Notes: generated from the letters alone by a model not told the origin. DNA of 64,000 nucleotides from Pseudomonadota bacterium (GCA_040758275.1 JBFLVV010000011.1:6648-70647), one strand, 5' to 3'. Numbered from the stretch's first letter, positions 17,711 to 31,979 are shown. Translations and numbers: made by a program.

Positions 17711-17971
17711 TTACTCCACGATCTGTTGCGGACGGCGGCCGAACAGGGCCGCTGCGACGAATTTCAGCAGCAGGAAGCCGACGAACAGGGTCAGCGCGAG
17801 GGGCACGATGGTCATCAGGCAGGCCAGCACGATCGACACGGCCAGCAGGGCCGGCCAGGGCAGGGCGGCCAGGGTGCGGGCGCCCGAGCGCACGGCACGG
17901 TTGCACTTGCGGCCGATGTCTTCCATGTCGGCGACAAAGGAGCGGAAAGCGGAGCGGGTGGCGGTTTTCAT
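17711..17971 (-). CDS. 86-aa membrane protein, first gene of the LytTR operon
   Basis: Hydrophobic stretch LPWPALLAVSIVLACLMTIVPLALTLFVGFLLLK; stop lies 3 nt before the kinase ATG, in the same frame. Confidence 0.7.
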   Translation of the reverse strand: MKTATRSAFRSFVADMEDIGRKCNRAVRSGARTLAALPWPALLAVSIVLACLMTIVPLALTLFVGFLLLKFVAAALFGRRPQQIVE

Positions 17972-18101
17972 GCGGTATGTCCTTTGGTAGAGGTGATGGC
18001 GCTACTGTAGGACGGCGCCGCCGTGCGCGCCACGGTCATCCGACGAATGGTCGGATTCCCGGGTTTAGCGGTCAAGAGGACGGATAGGCGGGAAGGAGCG
18101 T

Positions 18102-18659
18102 TTACTTGCGCTCGTCCCAGTAGCGGCGCAGCAGGCCGTAATTGACCGTGTCGGCCATCTCGCCGTGCACGAACCAGCGCTCCGGCATATAGCCTTCCTT
18201 GCGAAAGCCCAGCCGCTCCAGCAGGGCGCTCGACGCGGTATTGCGCGGGTCGATGTCGGCCTCGATGCGGTTCAGGCGCAGCTCGTGGAAGGCGTAGTCG
18301 ATGCCGGTGGCCAGCGCCTCGCTGGCGTAGCCCTTGCCCCAGTGCGCGCTGCCGAGGGCGTAGCCGATTTCGCAACGGCGGTTCTTCGGGAAGAAGCGGT
18401 GCAGGTTGAGGGAGCCGATCAGCTGTCCGGTAGCGGCCAGCTCGATGCCGAAGCGTACCTCCGACTGTTCGCGGTAGCTGGCGAGCGCCTGCTCGATCAT
18501 GGCCTCGGCGTCGCGCACCGAGGTCCAGGGCTCGGAGCTCCAGTATTGCACCACGGCGGGGTCGGAAAACACGGCAAGCAGGTCCGGCGCATCGTCCAGG
18601 GTGAACGGGCGCAGGGTCAGGCGGTCGGTCGTCAGGATAGGAGTAGCGTAAATAGACAT
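18102..18659 (-). CDS. GNAT acetyltransferase, RimJ/RimL type
   Basis: TTDRLTLRPF, EIGYAL...WGKGYASEA and NTASSALLERLGFRKEG motifs. Start ATG 18659. Confidence 0.9.
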   Translation of the reverse strand: MSIYATPILTTDRLTLRPFTLDDAPDLLAVFSDPAVVQYWSSEPWTSVRDAEAMIEQALASYREQSEVRFGIELAATGQLIGSLNLHRFFPKNRRCEIGYALGSAHWGKGYASEALATGIDYAFHELRLNRIEADIDPRNTASSALLERLGFRKEGYMPERWFVHGEMADTVNYGLLRRYWDERK

Positions 18660-18721
18660 GAGCTGGACATGGCGAAACCTGTTGTTATACATGCATGATA
18701 GCACCGTGCTTCCGGCCTGTT

Positions 18722-19348
18722 CTATGAGACGGAAGTGACAGCCCGGACCACCAGCTCGCCGACCAGCTGTTCGGCGTCCTCGAAGTCGGCCCGGGTGAGT
18801 TCCGGCCGGCCCAGCACCAGGGCCATTTGCGCCGCGAAGTCGGCATAGGACTGGGTCATGGCCCAGAGCGCGAACAGCAGGTGGGTCGCGTTCACGCGCG
18901 CAATCCGCCCGTCCGCCATCCAGCGCTCGAACACGGCGATGTCCCGGCGCAGCAGCGGGACCACGCGGGCGCGGATCTGCTCGCCGTAGAACTTGGCGCC
19001 GCCAATCACCTCCATCGCATACACGCGCGAGGCCCAGGGCTGCTCGCGCGAGAAGCGCAGCTTGGCGCGGACGTAGGCGCGCAGCACCTCGCCAGGCTCG
19101 CCCGCGCTGCCGGCCAGGTGTTCCATGCGGGCGAGCCAGTCGTCCAGCACGTCGTCGAGCACGCGCTGGTAGAGGCTGGGCTTGGTCGGGAAGTAGTAGA
19201 GCAGGTTCTGCTTCGAGATGCCGGCCGCTTGCGCCACCGCGGCGATGGTCGTGCCCTCGAAGCCGCACTCGGCGAACAGGCGGGTGGCGGCCTGCAGGAT
19301 GGCGGTTTCGACCTTGTCGCGCTTGCTCGGGAGGGCCTGAATGTCCAT
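18722..19348 (-). CDS. rutR: TetR family regulator, RutR/PydR-like
   Basis: ILQAATRLFAECGFEGTT..VA..AGISKQNLLYYFPTK and HLLFALWAMTQSYADF RutR-type C-terminus; adjacent to the pyrimidine catabolism operon. Confidence 0.82.
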   Translation of the reverse strand: MDIQALPSKRDKVETAILQAATRLFAECGFEGTTIAAVAQAAGISKQNLLYYFPTKPSLYQRVLDDVLDDWLARMEHLAGSAGEPGEVLRAYVRAKLRFSREQPWASRVYAMEVIGGAKFYGEQIRARVVPLLRRDIAVFERWMADGRIARVNATHLLFALWAMTQSYADFAAQMALVLGRPELTRADFEDAEQLVGELVVRAVTSVS

Positions 19349-19357
19349 CGTGTTCTC

Positions 19358-20833
19358 CTAGCGCTGCGCGCGCAGGAAGGTTAGCAGTTGCGGATCGGCG
19401 GCATACGCCACGTTGAAGCGGAACCAGATGCGTTCCGGTGTGCGCTGGGTGAAGAACTCGCCGGGCGCGAGCAGGATGCCGGCCTTGAGCGCGGTGTCGG
19501 CGATGGTGCGGGCGCTGCGCCCCGGCGTTGGCGGCCCGTCCCAACCGGCGCTGACGAACATGCCGCCGCGCGGCTGGGCCAGCGGGCGCAGGCCGGCGTC
19601 GCGCAGGGCGTCCAGGGATGCTTCGCGCGCGGCGTCGAGGCGGGCCGCGAGGCGCGCCACCATGCGCCGGTAGGAGCGGGTGCTGGTCGCCTCGAACACG
19701 GCGCGCTCGTTGATCTCCGAGGTCGTCAGGCCCGCCAGCATCTTCACGCGCAGCAGTTCCGGCACCAGCGAACGGGATGCGCACAGGGAGCCGACGCGCA
19801 GCACCGGCGACAGGGTCTTGGAAAAGCTGCCGACCCGGATCACCCGGCGCAGGCCGTCCATCGCGGCCAGCGAGGCTTCGCCGGGCGCGGCCAGTTCGCG
19901 GTAGATGTCGTCCTCCACCAGCCAGAAGTCGAACTGCTCGGCCAGCGCGAGCAGGCGGTGGGCCTGGGCCTGGCTCAGGAACGTGCCGAGGGGATTCTGC
20001 AGCACGGTGTTGACGAACATGAGCTTTGGCTGCAGCACGGCGGCCTGGCGCGCCAGTTCTTCCATGTCCAGGCCCGATTCGCTGCGCCGGATGCCGACCG
20101 GGACGCAGCCGTGGTGGCGGATCAGGGACAGCAGGTTGCTGTAGCCGGGGTCTTCGACCAGCACCACGTCGCCCGGCCGCGCCAGGGTGCGCAGGATCAG
20201 GTCGAAGGCGTGGGTCGCGCCGTGGGTCAGCAGCACCTGGTCCGGGTCGACAGGGAACAGCTCCGCGCCCAGGGTGGTGGCGAGGTGCTGGCGCAGGGCG
20301 GGCAGGCCAAGCGGGTGGCCATAACCGCGCAGGCGGCCGGCCGGGATCTTCATGGCGTGGCGCACCGCGTCCAGCAGGGTGTTGTCACCATACCACTCCG
20401 GCGGCAGCCAGCCGGCGCCGACCGGCAGGGCGTCCGACTGCCCGGAATACAGGTCCGGCGCCAGGGCGTCGATCTCGGATTGCAGGCTGGGCGTGGGGAG
20501 GGTCGGGCAGGCGGCCTGGGGCAGGCTGCGGGCGACGAAGAAGCCGGCGCCGCGCCGCGAGGAGAGCAGTCCCAGCTGGTGCAGGCGCTCATAGGCCTCG
20601 ACCACCGTGAATGTGCTGACGCCATTGCACTTTGCGAATTGTCTAACTGAAGGCATTTTCGTGCCGGTACCGAGCTGGCGCTCGTTTACCATCGTCGAGA
20701 TGGCCGCGACGATTTGTTCGACCAGGCTGCCGCGCCTGGCCCTATCGATGGAAAGCGTCGGCCATGTCATACCGGGCGCCGCCAAAGGCATTTCGCAAGG
20801 AAACTCTTCTGTCAAAACAGCTTGTTCCATCAT
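19358..20833 (-). CDS. MocR/GabR family regulator (GntR wHTH plus PLP aminotransferase-like domain)
   Basis: MPSVRQFA...VSTFTVVEAYERL, VEDPGY, LQNPLG, VEDDIY and SFSKTLSP (PLP Lys). Exact start uncertain. Confidence 0.9.
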   Translation of the reverse strand: MMEQAVLTEEFPCEMPLAAPGMTWPTLSIDRARRGSLVEQIVAAISTMVNERQLGTGTKMPSVRQFAKCNGVSTFTVVEAYERLHQLGLLSSRRGAGFFVARSLPQAACPTLPTPSLQSEIDALAPDLYSGQSDALPVGAGWLPPEWYGDNTLLDAVRHAMKIPAGRLRGYGHPLGLPALRQHLATTLGAELFPVDPDQVLLTHGATHAFDLILRTLARPGDVVLVEDPGYSNLLSLIRHHGCVPVGIRRSESGLDMEELARQAAVLQPKLMFVNTVLQNPLGTFLSQAQAHRLLALAEQFDFWLVEDDIYRELAAPGEASLAAMDGLRRVIRVGSFSKTLSPVLRVGSLCASRSLVPELLRVKMLAGLTTSEINERAVFEATSTRSYRRMVARLAARLDAAREASLDALRDAGLRPLAQPRGGMFVSAGWDGPPTPGRSARTIADTALKAGILLAPGEFFTQRTPERIWFRFNVAYAADPQLLTFLRAQR

Positions 20834-20950
20834 CACCGCTCCGCGCCAAAGGGCTGCAACTGTGCAGGTCGGACTGCCTGTACGGTTGGCCTGTTTTTAC
20901 CTTGGTGTATCTGTGCCGGTGTTGCCTTGCTGACTATTATTGATCAATAT

Positions 20951-20966
20951 TTTGCCAACTGGTAAA
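20951..20966. promoter_or_regulatory. Candidate RutR box
   Basis: TTTGCCAACTGGTAAA is a near-palindrome matching the known RutR consensus TTGACCAnnTGGTCAA at 13 of 16 positions (n counted as match). It lies 30 bp upstream of the operon start. Confidence 0.6.
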
Positions 20967-20996
20967 AAATTTCGCCGCCATGGCAAGGAGAGACGC

Positions 20997-22313
20997 ATGA
21001 ACGAATCCAGGCCCAGCTCGATGTCCGCATTCTGGATGCCTTTCACCAATAACCGGGATTTCAAGGCCAGTCCGCGCCTGCTCGTGTCCGCCGAGGGGAT
21101 GTATTACCAGGACGTCGACGGCAATCGCATCCTCGACGGCACGGCTGGCCTCTGGTGTGTTCCTTGCGGCCATGCCCAGCCGCGCATCACCCAGGCGGTC
21201 AGCGAGATGGTCGGCCAGCTGGATTTCGCGCCCACCTTCCAGATGGGACACCCGGCCGCCTTCGACCTGGCCGAGCAGCTGATGGACTACACCGGCCACA
21301 AGTTCGGCCACGTCTTCTATACCAACTCCGGTTCCGAGGCGGTGGACACGGCCCTCAAGATGGCGCTGGCCTACCACAAGGCGCGCGGCGAGGGTGGGCG
21401 TACCCGCCTGATCGGCCGCGAGCGCGGCTATCACGGTGTCGGCTTCGGCGGCCTGTCGGTGGGCGGCATCGGCAACAACCGCAAGAGCTTCGGCCCGCTC
21501 CTGCCGGGCGTCGACCACCTGCCGCACACGCACAACCTGCTCAAGAACGCCTTCTCGCGCGGCGAGCCCGACTTCGGCGCCGAGCTGGCCGACGAGCTGG
21601 AACGCCTCGTCACCCTGCACGACGCCTCGACCATCGCGGCGGTGATCATCGAGCCGGTATCCGGCTCCACCGGCGTGCTGGTGCCGCCCAAGGGCTACCT
21701 CAAGCGCCTGCGCGAGATCTGCGACAAGCACGGCATCCTCTTGATCTTCGACGAAGTCATCACCGGCTTCGGCAGGCTGACGACACCTTTCGCCAGCGAC
21801 TACTTCGGCGTCGAGCCGGACATGATGACCACCGCGAAAGGCCTCACCAACGGCGTGGTGCCGATGGGCGCCGTGTTCTCCAAGCGCTTCATCCACGACG
21901 CCTTCATGGACGCGCCGCCGGGCATCGAGCTGTTCCACGGCTACACCTATTCGGGCCACCCGCTGGCCTGCGCGGCCGGCATCGCCACCCTGCAGGTCTT
22001 CCGCGAACAGGGCGTCATCGAGAACGCCAGGGCGATGCAGGCCTACTTCGAGGATGCGCTGCATTCGCTGCGCGGCCTGCCGCACGTGATCGACCTGCGT
22101 TCGATCGGCCTGGTGGCCGGCATCGAACTCGAACCCATCGCCGGCAAACCGGGCGCGCGCGCCTACGCCGCCTTCAAGCAGGCTTTCGCCGACGGTATCC
22201 TGATCCGCGTGACGGGCGACATCATTGCGCTGTCGCCGCCGCTCATCCTCGACAAGCAGCACATCGACGAACTGTTCGGCAAGCTCGCCAACGTATTGAA
22301 CAACCTGGACTAA
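20997..22313 (+). CDS. Omega-amino acid (beta-alanine):pyruvate aminotransferase, class III PLP
   Basis: [39 protein letters not shown] and [15 protein letters not shown] upstream. Confidence 0.92.
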   Translation: MNESRPSSMSAFWMPFTNNRDFKASPRLLVSAEGMYYQDVDGNRILDGTAGLWCVPCGHAQPRITQAVSEMVGQLDFAPTFQMGHPAAFDLAEQLMDYTGHKFGHVFYTNSGSEAVDTALKMALAYHKARGEGGRTRLIGRERGYHGVGFGGLSVGGIGNNRKSFGPLLPGVDHLPHTHNLLKNAFSRGEPDFGAELADELERLVTLHDASTIAAVIIEPVSGSTGVLVPPKGYLKRLREICDKHGILLIFDEVITGFGRLTTPFASDYFGVEPDMMTTAKGLTNGVVPMGAVFSKRFIHDAFMDAPPGIELFHGYTYSGHPLACAAGIATLQVFREQGVIENARAMQAYFEDALHSLRGLPHVIDLRSIGLVAGIELEPIAGKPGARAYAAFKQAFADGILIRVTGDIIALSPPLILDKQHIDELFGKLANVLNNLD

Positions 22314-22317
22314 GTAC

Positions 22318-23811
<1,494 letters not shown>

Positions 23812-23855
23812 CGTTGCGCAGCATGTTCGTCGTCTCACAATATGAAGGGATGCAC

Positions 23856-25220
23856 ATGATTGAATCACTCCAGCACCTGCCGCCGGCGGCAGGTTCGAAC
23901 GGCGAACTCGCCGCGCAATTCACCGACCTGGCGCCGCCCCTGAACGCGCGCCAGGCGGCGCTCGAGGCGGCGCGTTGCCTCTATTGCTACGACGCGCCCT
24001 GCATGAATGCCTGCCCGACCGGCATCGACGTGGCGGGCTTCATCCGCAACATCCAGGACCAGAACATCGATGGCGCCGCCTACGGCATCCTGAAGGCGAA
24101 CATCTTCGGCGGCAGCTGCGCCCGCGTCTGCCCCACCGAGATCCTGTGCGAACAATCCTGCGTGCGCAACAACCCGGCCGAGCGCGAGCCCGTGCGCATC
24201 GGCCTGCTGCAGCGCTATGCGATCGACAATGCACGCTTCGCAGGCCATCCTTTCGCACGCGCACCTTCCACAGGCCGGACCATCGCCGTGGTCGGGGCCG
24301 GCCCGGCCGGCCTGTCCTGCGCGCACCGCCTGGCCATGCTGGGCAACGACGTGGTCGTCTACGAGGCGCGTGAGAAGGCGGGTGGCCTGAACGAGTACGG
24401 CATCGCCAAATACAAGCTGCCGGGCGACTTCGCGCAGCAGGAAGTCGACTTCCTGATGGCCATCGGCGGCATCCACATCGAGTATGGCCGCCGGCTCGGC
24501 GAGAACCTCAGCCTGGCCGACCTGCACACCCGCTACGATGCGGTGTTCCTGGGCATCGGCCTGGCCGCCAGCCGGGCGCTGGGCCTGACGGGCGAGGACG
24601 CGCCGGGCCTGGTGGCCGCGATCGACTACATCGCCGCGCTGCGCCAGGCCGGCGACCTGTCCCGGCTGCCGGTGCCGCGCCGCGCGATCGTCATCGGCGC
24701 CGGCAACACGGCGATCGACATGGCGGTGCAGATCAAGCGCCTGGGGGCGGAAGACGTCACCCTGGTCTACCGCCGCGGGCTGGAATCGATGAGCGCGACC
24801 GGCCACGAGATCGAGATCGCCAAGGCCAATTTCGTGCGCATCCGCACCTGGGCCGCGCCGCTCGAGGTATTGCTCGACGGGGAAGGCCGGGTCGCCGGCA
24901 TGCGCTTCGAACAGACCCGCATGGAAGAAGGGCGCCTGGTACGCACCGGCGGCTACGTCGAGATCGCGGCCGACGCCGTGTTCAAGGCCATCGGCCAGGG
25001 CATGTGCGAGGACGGCCTGGGCGAGGCATTGGCCCGCGAGGGCGACCGGATCCGCATCGACGCACACTTCCGCACGGCGATCCCCGGCATCTATGCGGGC
25101 GGCGACTGTGTCGCGCCGGGGCAGGACCTCACGGTGCAGGCCGTCCAGCACGGCAAGCTGGCGGCCCTCGCCATCCACGAAGACATCCAGGCAAGCACGG
25201 AGGCAGCATGGCCGACCTGA
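23856..25220 (+). CDS. preT: Dihydropyrimidine dehydrogenase subunit PreT (PydX)
   Basis: CLYCYDAPCMNACP and CARVCPTEILCEQSC Fe-S motifs, GAGPAG and GAGNTAID. Start could be 23823, 23850 or 23856. Confidence 0.9.
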   Translation: MIESLQHLPPAAGSNGELAAQFTDLAPPLNARQAALEAARCLYCYDAPCMNACPTGIDVAGFIRNIQDQNIDGAAYGILKANIFGGSCARVCPTEILCEQSCVRNNPAEREPVRIGLLQRYAIDNARFAGHPFARAPSTGRTIAVVGAGPAGLSCAHRLAMLGNDVVVYEAREKAGGLNEYGIAKYKLPGDFAQQEVDFLMAIGGIHIEYGRRLGENLSLADLHTRYDAVFLGIGLAASRALGLTGEDAPGLVAAIDYIAALRQAGDLSRLPVPRRAIVIGAGNTAIDMAVQIKRLGAEDVTLVYRRGLESMSATGHEIEIAKANFVRIRTWAAPLEVLLDGEGRVAGMRFEQTRMEEGRLVRTGGYVEIAADAVFKAIGQGMCEDGLGEALAREGDRIRIDAHFRTAIPGIYAGGDCVAPGQDLTVQAVQHGKLAALAIHEDIQASTEAAWPT

Positions 25221-26485
25221 GCATCGATTTCTGCGGCATCAAGAGCCCGAACCCCTTCTGGCTGGCCTCCGCGCCGCCGACCGACAAGGCCTATAACGTC
25301 GTGCGCGCCTTCGAGGCGGGGTGGGGCGGGGCGGTGTGGAAGACCCTGGGCGAAGACCCGCCGGCGGTGAACGTCTCCTCGCGCTACTCGGCCCACTACG
25401 GCAAGAACCGAGAGGTCATCGGTTTCAACAACATCGAGCTGATCACCGACCGCAGCCTCGAGATCAATCTGCGCGAGATCACCCAGGTCAAGAAGGATTG
25501 GCCGGACCGCGCCATGATCGTGTCCCTGATGCTGCCCTGCGAAGAAGCGCCCTGGGCGGCGATCCTTCCGCTGGTCGAGGCCACCGGCGCCGACGGCATC
25601 GAACTGAATTTCGGCTGCCCGCACGGCATGCCCGAGCGCGGCATGGGCGCGGCCGTCGGCCAGGTGCCGGAGTATGTCCAGATGGTGACCAGCTGGTGCA
25701 AGAAGCACACCAAGTTACCTGTCATCGTCAAGCTGACCCCGAACATCACCGACGTGCGCCATCCGGCCCGCGCCGCGCTCGCTGGCGGGGCGGATGCGGT
25801 ATCGCTCATCAACACGGTGAACTCGATCACCCACCTGGACCTGGACCGCATGGTGGCCTACCCCATCGTGGGCGGGGCCAGCACCCACGGCGGCTACTGC
25901 GGCTCGGCGGTCAAACCGATTGCGCTGAACATGGTGGCCGAGATCGCGCGTGATCCGGTGACGGCCCGCCTGCCGATTTCCGGCATCGGCGGCATTGGCA
26001 ACTGGCGCGACGCGGCCGAGTTCATCGCGCTGGGCGCCGGCTGCGTGCAGGTGTGCACGGCCGCCATGCTGCATGGATTCCGCATCGTCGAAGAGATGAA
26101 GGACGGCCTGTCGCGCTGGATGGACACGCAGGGCTACGCCGATATCGCCGCCTTTTCCCGCAAGGCCGTGCGCAATACGACCGACTGGAAGTACCTGGAC
26201 ATGAATTACCAGGTGATTGCCCACATCGACCAGGACAAGTGCATCAAATGCGGCAAGTGCTACGTGGCCTGCGAAGACACCTCGCACCAGGCCATCGCGC
26301 GCGCCGTCGACGAGGCGGGAACCCGGCGCTTCGAGGTGATCCGCGAGGAATGCGTGGGCTGCAACCTGTGCGAGATCACCTGTCCGGTGGAGGCCTGCAT
26401 CACCATGGTGCCGCAGGAGAGCGGCAAGCCCTATATGAACTGGACACAGGACCCGCGCAATCCAAGAGCGGAGGTTGTCGCGTAG
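25208..26485 (+). CDS. preA: Dihydropyrimidine dehydrogenase subunit PreA (PydA)
   Basis: NPFWLASAPP, ELNFGCPHGM, VKLTPN and two C-terminal 4Fe-4S motifs (CIKCGKC, CVGCNLC). Confidence 0.95.
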   Translation: MADLSIDFCGIKSPNPFWLASAPPTDKAYNVVRAFEAGWGGAVWKTLGEDPPAVNVSSRYSAHYGKNREVIGFNNIELITDRSLEINLREITQVKKDWPDRAMIVSLMLPCEEAPWAAILPLVEATGADGIELNFGCPHGMPERGMGAAVGQVPEYVQMVTSWCKKHTKLPVIVKLTPNITDVRHPARAALAGGADAVSLINTVNSITHLDLDRMVAYPIVGGASTHGGYCGSAVKPIALNMVAEIARDPVTARLPISGIGGIGNWRDAAEFIALGAGCVQVCTAAMLHGFRIVEEMKDGLSRWMDTQGYADIAAFSRKAVRNTTDWKYLDMNYQVIAHIDQDKCIKCGKCYVACEDTSHQAIARAVDEAGTRRFEVIREECVGCNLCEITCPVEACITMVPQESGKPYMNWTQDPRNPRAEVVA

Positions 26486-26588
26486 GGTGGGCGGTCCTCC
26501 GCCCACGCGTTCAACTACATGGTGAATTGCGGCGCATCGGCCATTCCCAGGCTGCTTGAACGCGTGGGCGGGGACCGCCCACCCTACG
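26481..26588. repeat. REP doublet (REPIN-like, GTAG family), copy 2
   Basis: CGTAGGGTGGGCGGTCCTCCGCCCACGCGTTCAACT (26481-26516) faces inverted TTGAACGCGTGGGCGGGGACCGCCCACCCTACG (26556-26588). Its GTAG contains the preA stop codon. Confidence 0.85.
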
Positions 26589-26662
26589 AACACCGCGCAA
26601 CCGTCCATACGATTGCGCTACACTCGGTCGCACATCTTGCCACCGACGAGGAGAGTCCGACC

Positions 26663-29555
<2,893 letters not shown>

Positions 29556-29566
29556 GGAGAGCGAGC

Positions 29567-30805
29567 ATGACTGACCTGCGCATCAATGGCGAGCGCCTGT
29601 GGCAATCGCTGATGGACCTGGCCGCCATCGGCGCCACCGAGAAGGGCGGCGTCAAGCGCCTGGCCCTGACGGACCTCGACCGCCAGGGCCGCGACCTGGT
29701 GGTGCGCTGGGGACGCGAGGCGGGGCTGGAAGTGACGGTCGATCAGATCGGTAACGTCTTCATGCGCCGCGAGGGGCGCAACCCGAACGCGTTCCCCATC
29801 GTCACCGGCAGCCACGTCGACACCCAGCCCACCGGCGGCAAGTTCGACGGCAACTACGGCGTGCTCGCCGGCCTGGAAGTCGTGCGCACCCTGAACGAGC
29901 GCGGCATCCAGACCGAGGCGCCGATCGAGGTCGCCTTCTGGACCAATGAAGAGGGCTCGCGCTTCGTGCCGGTGATGATGGGTTCCGGCGTGTTCTGCGG
30001 CGCCTTCAGCCTGGAGACGGCCTACAATGCCCGCGACGTCGATGGCAAAAGCGTGCGCGAGGAACTGGAACGCATCGGCTACCTCGGCGACGAGGTGCCG
30101 GGCCGCCACCCGATCGGCGCCTATTTCGAAACCCACATCGAGCAGGGCCCGGTGCTGGAGGATGCGGACAAGGTGATCGGCGTGGTGCCGGCCGTGATGG
30201 GCCTGTCCTGGTACGACTGTGTCGTCAGCGGCATGGAAGCGCATGCCGGCCCGACCCCGATGGGCCTGCGCCGCGATGCGCTGCAGGTGGCCACCACCAT
30301 CATGCAGGAAGTCGTCCGGATCGCGAACCGCTATCCGCCCTATGGCCGGGGCACGGTCGGCATGGTGCAGGTGTTTCCGAACAGCCGCAACGTGATCCCG
30401 GGCCAGGTCAAGTTCAGCATCGACCTGCGCAACGTGAGCGACACGCTCCTGAACACGATGCACGAAGAGATGCTGGCCTTCGTCGCGCAGACGCGCCAGG
30501 AGAGCGGCCTGGGTATCGAGGTGGAGCGCGTGTCCTACTACCCGCCTTGCCCCTTCCACCCGGACTGCGTGAACGCGGTGCGGGCTGCCACCGAAAAACT
30601 GGGCTATTCGAGCATGGATGTGGTGTCCGGCGCCGGCCACGACGCCATCTACGCGGCGCGCGTCGCCCCTGCCGGCATGATCTTCGTGCCCTGCAAGGAC
30701 GGCATCAGCCACAACGAGATCGAGGACGCCCGGCCGGATCACCTGGAGGCCGGCTGCAATGTGCTGCTGCATGCGATGCTGGAGCGGGCGGGTACCGTGA
30801 GCTGA
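29567..30805 (+). CDS. Beta-ureidopropionase / N-carbamoyl-beta-alanine amidohydrolase (M20 Zn hydrolase, PydC-like)
   Basis: GSHVDTQP.GGKFDG, NEEG, ETHIEQGP, GAGHDA and ISHNEIE: all metal ligands intact. Last gene of the pyd operon. Confidence 0.9.
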   Translation: MTDLRINGERLWQSLMDLAAIGATEKGGVKRLALTDLDRQGRDLVVRWGREAGLEVTVDQIGNVFMRREGRNPNAFPIVTGSHVDTQPTGGKFDGNYGVLAGLEVVRTLNERGIQTEAPIEVAFWTNEEGSRFVPVMMGSGVFCGAFSLETAYNARDVDGKSVREELERIGYLGDEVPGRHPIGAYFETHIEQGPVLEDADKVIGVVPAVMGLSWYDCVVSGMEAHAGPTPMGLRRDALQVATTIMQEVVRIANRYPPYGRGTVGMVQVFPNSRNVIPGQVKFSIDLRNVSDTLLNTMHEEMLAFVAQTRQESGLGIEVERVSYYPPCPFHPDCVNAVRAATEKLGYSSMDVVSGAGHDAIYAARVAPAGMIFVPCKDGISHNEIEDARPDHLEAGCNVLLHAMLERAGTVS

Positions 30806-30838
30806 ACTGTCGAGCGTGGCGACGCCAATCCTGTCGAA

Positions 30839-31345
30839 ATGGCATCATCCCGAAAAACCATCGGGAGGGTGCGCAAGGTGTGGATCGAGAGGAGCTGGTT
30901 GACGATACAGCAGGAATTCGCCGACGTGGGCAGCGTCGAGGACATCACCCGCATCGTGCTGCGCCTGCTGGTGGCGGTGGCGCTGGGCGGCATGCTTGGC
31001 TATGAACGTGAATCGGTCGGCGCCTCGGCCGGCCTGCGCACCCATATGCTGGTCTCGCTCGGCTCGGCCCTTTTCGTCCTGATTCCCCTGCAGGCGGGGA
31101 TGGAGATCGGCGACCTTTCGCGCGTGCTGCAGGGCGTCACTGCGGGCATCGGATTCATCGGTGCGGGGGCCATCCTCAAGCATACCCAGAAGGACGACAT
31201 CAAGGGTGTCACCACGGCCGCCAGCGTGTGGCTGACCGCGGCGATCGGCATCGCGGCCGGCATGGGACGCGAGGCGACGGCGGTGCTCAGCGCCCTGTTC
31301 GCGCTGGCGATCCTGGCAATCCTGCGGCTCGAAACAAAGAAGTGA
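30839..31345 (+). CDS. MgtC/SapB family membrane protein
   Basis: GYERE...AGLRTHMLV, GIGFIGAGAI and GVTTAASVWLTAAIGIAAG. Start may be GTG 30878. Confidence 0.9.
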   Translation: MASSRKTIGRVRKVWIERSWLTIQQEFADVGSVEDITRIVLRLLVAVALGGMLGYERESVGASAGLRTHMLVSLGSALFVLIPLQAGMEIGDLSRVLQGVTAGIGFIGAGAILKHTQKDDIKGVTTAASVWLTAAIGIAAGMGREATAVLSALFALAILAILRLETKK

Positions 31346-31358
31346 ATCCCGCCGGCGC

Positions 31359-31979
31359 CTAGATCAGCGCCAGCTCGATACCCCGCAGGACCGCGCGTAC
31401 CCGGTCGCGCACGCCCAGCTTCGACAGGATGCTGGAAACGTGGTTCTTCACGGTCCCTTCGCTCGCGCCCAGGTGGGCGGCGATCTCGCCGTTGCTCAGG
31501 CCTGCCGCCACGAGCGCCAGCACCTCGGTCTCGCGCGCCGTGAGCACGCCACCGGGAGCAGCATGACTGCGCTCGAACGATTCGCGGATGCGCTCCGTCA
31601 GCGCGGGGCGGAACAGGGTGGCGCCGCCCGCCACCGCCCGGATGCCCTCGGCCAGCCGCTCCAGCGAGATATCCTTGAGCACGAAGCCGCGCGCCCCTAA
31701 ACGCATGGCCTCCAGCAGCGCATCCTCGTCGTCGAAGGTGGTGAGCATGATCGCCGGTGGCAGCGGTCCGCCGGGATCGCGCAGCAGATCGATGCCGCTG
31801 GCGCCGGGCATGCGCACGTCAAGGAGCAGCACGTCCACGCTGGTCTGGGCCAGCACGCGCCGCGCCTCGATGCCGTCGGCGGCTTCGGCTACCACGCGGA
31901 TGTCCTCGGTCAGGTCGAGCAGGCCGCGGATGCCGCTGCGCACCAGGGTCTGGTCGTCGACCAGGGCGACGCGGATCAT
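31359..31979 (-). CDS. NarL/LuxR family response regulator
   Basis: VALVDDQ, LLDVRMP and LTARETEVLAL...SNGEIA...GTVKNHVSSILSKL. Confidence 0.95.
   Translation of the reverse strand: MIRVALVDDQTLVRSGIRGLLDLTEDIRVVAEAADGIEARRVLAQTSVDVLLLDVRMPGASGIDLLRDPGGPLPPAIMLTTFDDEDALLEAMRLGARGFVLKDISLERLAEGIRAVAGGATLFRPALTERIRESFERSHAAPGGVLTARETEVLALVAAGLSNGEIAAHLGASEGTVKNHVSSILSKLGVRDRVRAVLRGIELALI

Noticed and set aside
16035-17906. 623-aa ORF that appears to fuse a long N-terminus to the LytTR regulator
   Set aside because: The N-terminal part is an off-frame reading of the kinase gene; the regulator starts at ATG 16817.
18030-18090. LytTR-type direct repeats upstream of the small membrane gene
   Set aside because: The repeated CGGTCA and GGA/TCGGAT elements are 36 and 29 bp apart, not the ~21-22 bp period expected.
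18102-19784. 560-aa ORF ending in the GNAT domain
   Set aside because: The upstream part is an alternative frame of the TetR/MocR genes; the GNAT begins at 18659.
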